Below are positions 54,690 to 58,266 of a stretch of DNA of 58,266 bases, piece by piece (positions within the stretch are counted from its first letter, which is position 1; each line of letters opens with the position of its first letter). This DNA comes from a virus. Its lineage: Duplodnaviria; Caudoviricetes. Location of the stretch: IMG/VR virus record IMGVR_UViG_3300042924_001589, positions 1 to 58,266 of that record. The stretch is one strand, 5' to 3'. The notes below the pieces were generated by a model, which saw only the letters and a list, made by a program, of their open reading frames with translations, did not search any database and was not told the DNA's origin. Position numbers and translations under genes: made by a program.

Positions 54690-55171
54690 TTCTTGTTGAA
54701 AGCTTGGGTTCCAAACCAAAATGCAATTATCGAGGAGAGAATCAACATCTCATCGTCGCTAAACACATTCTCCATTGCGACCGCAAACGGGATGCCCGTT
54801 GTGTAGGCATACCACACGCCTGCGATGTTCAGCGCGACTAACTCCAACACAAAGATGTAGGTGACGACCGGACGCACAGAGGCGCGTAGATTAATCATCC
54901 ACTGACTGGCGCCTTTTCCAATCTCCATGTCGTGCTGGTACAGGGCTTGACGTTCTTCGCCAGCCGTCTGCGTCTGAATCTGCTCCAGCTTGATCTCTTC
55001 GACGCGGGCTTGGGCAATGAATCCCTTCTCCGCCAAAGCAAGCTCACGCTCTTTCTGTGCAGCAACCAAAGCAAGCTCATGCTTCTTATCCTGCTTGTCC
55101 TGAAATATCTGAAGGATCTTCGGGAGACCACCAGCAAGGAATGAAAGAAATGTGCTAACCATCGTCATCAT
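54686..55171 (-). CDS. Holin (GTA-type 3TM holin-like)
   Basis: LRASVRPVVTY...TM...II.FWFG motif; upstream of the endolysin. Confidence 0.75.
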   Translation of the reverse strand: MMTMVSTFLSFLAGGLPKILQIFQDKQDKKHELALVAAQKERELALAEKGFIAQARVEEIKLEQIQTQTAGEERQALYQHDMEIGKGASQWMINLRASVRPVVTYIFVLELVALNIAGVWYAYTTGIPFAVAMENVFSDDEMLILSSIIAFWFGTQAFNKK

Positions 55172-55575
55172 TTGGAAGCCCTCACCACATCTTCGCCTTT
55201 AGTCACAACAACATGATCGCCCTCGACATCAACCCGCATTGGCATTTCCTTGCGATCAAGTTTGTCGAGCTTGGTAATGAGTTCCTTGATAACCGCAAAC
55301 TCGGGCTTCTCTTCCTTCTCTGTTGCCCCGGCAATACCGTTGAGCATGGAGATTAGGGCGGTCAGCGATGCACCGAGCAGACCCATCACAGCGGCGATCT
55401 TGTCGCTATCCAGTACAAGGCTAGACGCCACGCCGATAACAACGATGACGGTGATGTATTTAAGGCCATCCTTACCAATGGCCTTACCAGCCACATCCTT
55501 GGCAGATGAGTTTGCCTCAAGCCTGTTTAGTTCGGCTTGAACCTTAGCCTTGAAGAGTTCAATGTCTTCGCTCAT
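55168..55575 (-). CDS. Two-TM membrane protein in the lysis cluster
   Basis: Two hydrophobic helices; ATGA overlaps. Confidence 0.65.
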   Translation of the reverse strand: MSEDIELFKAKVQAELNRLEANSSAKDVAGKAIGKDGLKYITVIVVIGVASSLVLDSDKIAAVMGLLGASLTALISMLNGIAGATEKEEKPEFAVIKELITKLDKLDRKEMPMRVDVEGDHVVVTKGEDVVRASK

Positions 55576-55736
55576 TTGTCGGCCTTCTTGTTAAAGAGTT
55601 CAAACAAGGTCTTGACCTTTTCTTCCATTACCGCCACGCGCAGATCCAGCTTTGCCAGAACAATGATGAGGGTAATGATGGCCAGCATAATCGGCCACGC
55701 TTTGATGAGAAGTTCAACAACCCCTATCTCTGCCAT
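55572..55736 (-). CDS. Small TM + coiled-coil protein (54 aa, not in the ORF track)
   Basis: MAEIGVVELLIKAWPIMLAIITLIIVLAKLDLRVAVMEEKVKTLFELFNKKADK; fills the gap exactly with start/stop overlaps. Confidence 0.75.
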   Translation of the reverse strand: MAEIGVVELLIKAWPIMLAIITLIIVLAKLDLRVAVMEEKVKTLFELFNKKADK

Positions 55737-55957
55737 TATTTGTCGGCCTTCTCATCCAACTTGTCGAAGATCTTGCTCAGCATGTTCTTGATGTCGTCTA
55801 TGTCGCGTTGATACGTGGTTTGAGTCACATAGTTCAACGGCATATTGCGAACGTCTTTATCCAATCGTTCGATGCTGCGCGTGATCTGATTAAGCGACCA
55901 GCCTCCAAAGAAGGCTGCCACACCGACCACAATGTTAAATAGCACTTGAATATCCAT
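55736..55957 (-). CDS. Small TM + coiled-coil protein
   Basis: 73 aa; N-terminal TM, P..YV....Y..D and KADK end. Confidence 0.7.
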   Translation of the reverse strand: MDIQVLFNIVVGVAAFFGGWSLNQITRSIERLDKDVRNMPLNYVTQTTYQRDIDDIKNMLSKIFDKLDEKADK

Positions 55958-55972
55958 TCACATGCCTCGGTG

Positions 55973-56329
55973 TTATATCGGCTCACCATCAACGGTGATA
56001 GCAAACTCATCACTTACCGCAGCCGAGGCAGTGGGTTCAGTGATCACGGGCTGATCAGGGTCGACGGGTACTTCCGGATCAACCGGTTCCGTGACTTCAG
56101 GCGCGGTAGCTGCGTACTCACACTCCACCCAAGCCATCTCGCCGTGGTTCCAGTTCCATTGGAAACCGGGACGATCCTCGGGCTTCGGGTCACGCACCAC
56201 CCACTCTGCGTTCTCCCACCGGACTTCCTTGCCTTCCGGCGCTTCCGGCTTGGCGGGAACCTCGTACCAACCCTTGTTGTTGTCGATCTGCTCGACGGGG
56301 TAGTGGCCTTTGAAACTATACAGAGCCAT
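55973..56329 (-). CDS. Putative tail fibre accessory protein
   Basis: 118 aa with Trp/Pro repeats and an acidic tail, directly downstream of the LamG fibre. Confidence 0.55.
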   Translation of the reverse strand: MALYSFKGHYPVEQIDNNKGWYEVPAKPEAPEGKEVRWENAEWVVRDPKPEDRPGFQWNWNHGEMAWVECEYAATAPEVTEPVDPEVPVDPDQPVITEPTASAAVSDEFAITVDGEPI

Positions 56330-56337
56330 AAGTCACC

Positions 56338-58266
56338 TTACAGGGTCAGGAACGCCGCAGTCGGCGGGGTGAAGTTGCTGGTGTAACGGGCGATGCCTTT
56401 GGTGATGCGGAGGTCGTCAATATAACCAGCCCAATCCGCGTCACCTGAAATGCCACTTGATCCAATACGAATCTGCGCCGCCGTGCCGTTATCAACGGAA
56501 ACATTAGTGGTGTTTGTAGACTCTAATATCCCGTTTACAAACAGTCGGAAAACGCCGTTATAACGAGTAATAGCAACGTGTTTCCAAGTGCTGTCATTAA
56601 ACGTTGTAGTAGAAACCAACACATCTGCAGGAGAAGCATTATTTATTCCAAGCGTAAATTTGTTGGGGTTTGCTGCGGTAGTCGTAGTTAGAATGTACTT
56701 TCCGCTTCCCCAAGCAGCGCCAGCGCCGTTACCAAACATACGAGCGCCTGTGCTTCCTTGCGATCCTGAGTAAACCCACATCTCAATGGTAAAATCAGCC
56801 GTGCCAAAAACAATGTTTTGAGTGGCAGGAATAGATAGGTAATCCCCCGTCCCATCAAAATACATTGACGACCCGCCGAATTTGCTCTGCGTCGTGCTGA
56901 TCTGCGCGTTGCCCACCGTCTCAAGGTCGTTCTTGGACGTAGCGTCGTAGATGCCTGCGTTGGTTCCGGCCAGCAACAACTGCGTGTTAGAGATAGCGGT
57001 AAGGGGTGCAGTCGGTGGCGTAAACGTGCCGGTGTAAACAGCCGATCCAGTAGCGCGGAAGTCAGCCAAATATCCCGTGAAGTTTTGCGTGGATACCGCA
57101 TCGCCGGTGGTTCCAACCCACCAATAGTCAGCCGTTCCAGTTACGGTGTTGTTACTCGTAAACGTGCCAGCCGAAACGCCGTTGATATACAGCGTGATGT
57201 TGTTGGAGCCGGTTCCGTTACGAACCAACGCGATGTGTGACCAAGCGTTTTTGATGTAATCGGCAGACGACTGAATGGCAGGGAATGTGCCAAACAACGC
57301 TACAACCCATTTGGTTGTTCCAGCAGACGAATGCCCACAGAAGATAGACACGCCCGTGCTAGACGGCCAAGAACTGTAGTTGTTGAAAACGCCTGCAAAC
57401 GCACTTGCTTGCGTCAACGGGTATGCCCAAAACTCAATCGTAAAATTGCCCGTAAACTGCAACGCCGACGTATATGCAAGGCGCAAGTAGTCCCCTGCTC
57501 CGTCGTAATACCCACTTCCGCCATACGTCGCTGCACTCCACGCTGCCGTGGGGTTGAACGGGCTGAAGGCTTGGACAGACACATCACCGTTGCGCGTGAT
57601 GGCAAAGGCGTTGGTGCTGTTGTCTACGAAACGGTTGCTCTGACAGGTCAGCAGGGAGGTGTTGGTGATGGCTGTAAGCGGCGTCGTGCTGGGCGTGAAG
57701 TTGGCCGTATACAAAGCCGTGCCTTTAACAACGCGGATATTGCTTTGGTATCCCGTTATCAGTTCGGTAGTGTTTGCGCTTCGGCCAATAGAGCAACTTT
57801 GATCGCTCCAGTTGGTTGAGTTGCTGACCGAGGCCACTTCGGTGCCATTGATAAAAGCCTTAAGCGTCGTCCCGCTTCTAGCAACAGCAAAGTGATACCA
57901 CTGGTTCAATCCAATGCTTGCGTTGACGTAAACAATGTTAGTGCTGCTATAAACCTGTAAATATCCACTGGTTACAACACCAATAAAGAACCCGGTAGGC
58001 GAGTTGTTTGACGCACGGAAATCAATCATGCACTGAGATGAATTAGATGATGTCAGGTAGAACCAACCTTCTACCGTAAAATCACCAGTTCCAAACTGAA
58101 ACGCCGTATTGTTTGCGGCAGTTAGATAATCCCCTGTACCATCAAAATAGTTCCCCCACCCCGTCTGCGAGAACGGCGAGAACGTACCCTGCGTGGTGTT
58201 GCCGTTGCGGGTGATGCTGAAGGCATTGGTAGAGGAGTCTAGGAACGTATTGTTCTGCGCTCCGTT
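56338..58266 (-). CDS. 3' part of the multi-LamG tail fibre (joins 2161..1)
   Basis: Three LamG domains (FDG.GDYL, FTIE.W, W.H.A, GY.D..RI.KG.ARY..NFTPP); frame stays open up to the contig end. Confidence 0.88.
   Translation of the reverse strand, partial: NGAQNNTFLDSSTNAFSITRNGNTTQGTFSPFSQTGWGNYFDGTGDYLTAANNTAFQFGTGDFTVEGWFYLTSSNSSQCMIDFRASNNSPTGFFIGVVTSGYLQVYSSTNIVYVNASIGLNQWYHFAVARSGTTLKAFINGTEVASVSNSTNWSDQSCSIGRSANTTELITGYQSNIRVVKGTALYTANFTPSTTPLTAITNTSLLTCQSNRFVDNSTNAFAITRNGDVSVQAFSPFNPTAAWSAATYGGSGYYDGAGDYLRLAYTSALQFTGNFTIEFWAYPLTQASAFAGVFNNYSSWPSSTGVSIFCGHSSAGTTKWVVALFGTFPAIQSSADYIKNAWSHIALVRNGTGSNNITLYINGVSAGTFTSNNTVTGTADYWWVGTTGDAVSTQNFTGYLADFRATGSAVYTGTFTPPTAPLTAISNTQLLLAGTNAGIYDATSKNDLETVGNAQISTTQSKFGGSSMYFDGTGDYLSIPATQNIVFGTADFTIEMWVYSGSQGSTGARMFGNGAGAAWGSGKYILTTTTAANPNKFTLGINNASPADVLVSTTTFNDSTWKHVAITRYNGVFRLFVNGILESTNTTNVSVDNGTAAQIRIGSSGISGDADWAGYIDDLRITKGIARYTSNFTPPTAAFLTL
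58140..58266. repeat. Terminal direct repeat identical to 1-127
   Basis: Direct comparison of the two ends. Confidence 0.95.

Noticed and set aside
56338-58266. Diversity-generating retroelement acting on the fibre repeats
   Set aside because: No reverse transcriptase is present, both repeat copies are coding, and differences are not adenine-specific as far as I can see.

Overview
The window is an apparently complete, circularly assembled genome (58,139 bp unique; bases 1-127 repeat at 58140-58266) of a tailed dsDNA phage with podovirus-type architecture, probably infecting a Gram-negative proteobacterium. Late genes lie on the minus strand. They run from terminase large subunit, portal, GroES, scaffold, Mu-gpT-like major capsid and adaptors to a ~1320-aa multi-LamG fibre that spans the contig junction. 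They continue through holin, a GIY-YIG endonuclease, lysozyme, a gp10-like tail hub and four internal/ejection proteins, including a 2339-aa polyvalent protein. Early genes are on the plus strand (18.6-29.4 kb, including an amidoligase plus glutamine amidotransferase pair). A primase-helicase/RusA module and an exonuclease/Sak-like/SSB module follow. I recognise no DNA polymerase, integrase or tRNA. The most striking unexplained signals are: (1) repeated TonB-box-like motifs (LDEVVVTGSR etc.) in two predicted ejection proteins, suggesting TonB-energised injection; (2) nine copies of a 15-bp dyad CATAACAWTGTTATG, seen only at early-region gene boundaries, one carrying a perfect XerD arm; (3) a ~500-nt hairpin-rich non-coding region behind a perfect sigma70 promoter; (4) a double-pseudoknot RNA element after the capsid gene. 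All family assignments come from motif recognition by eye, not database searches.
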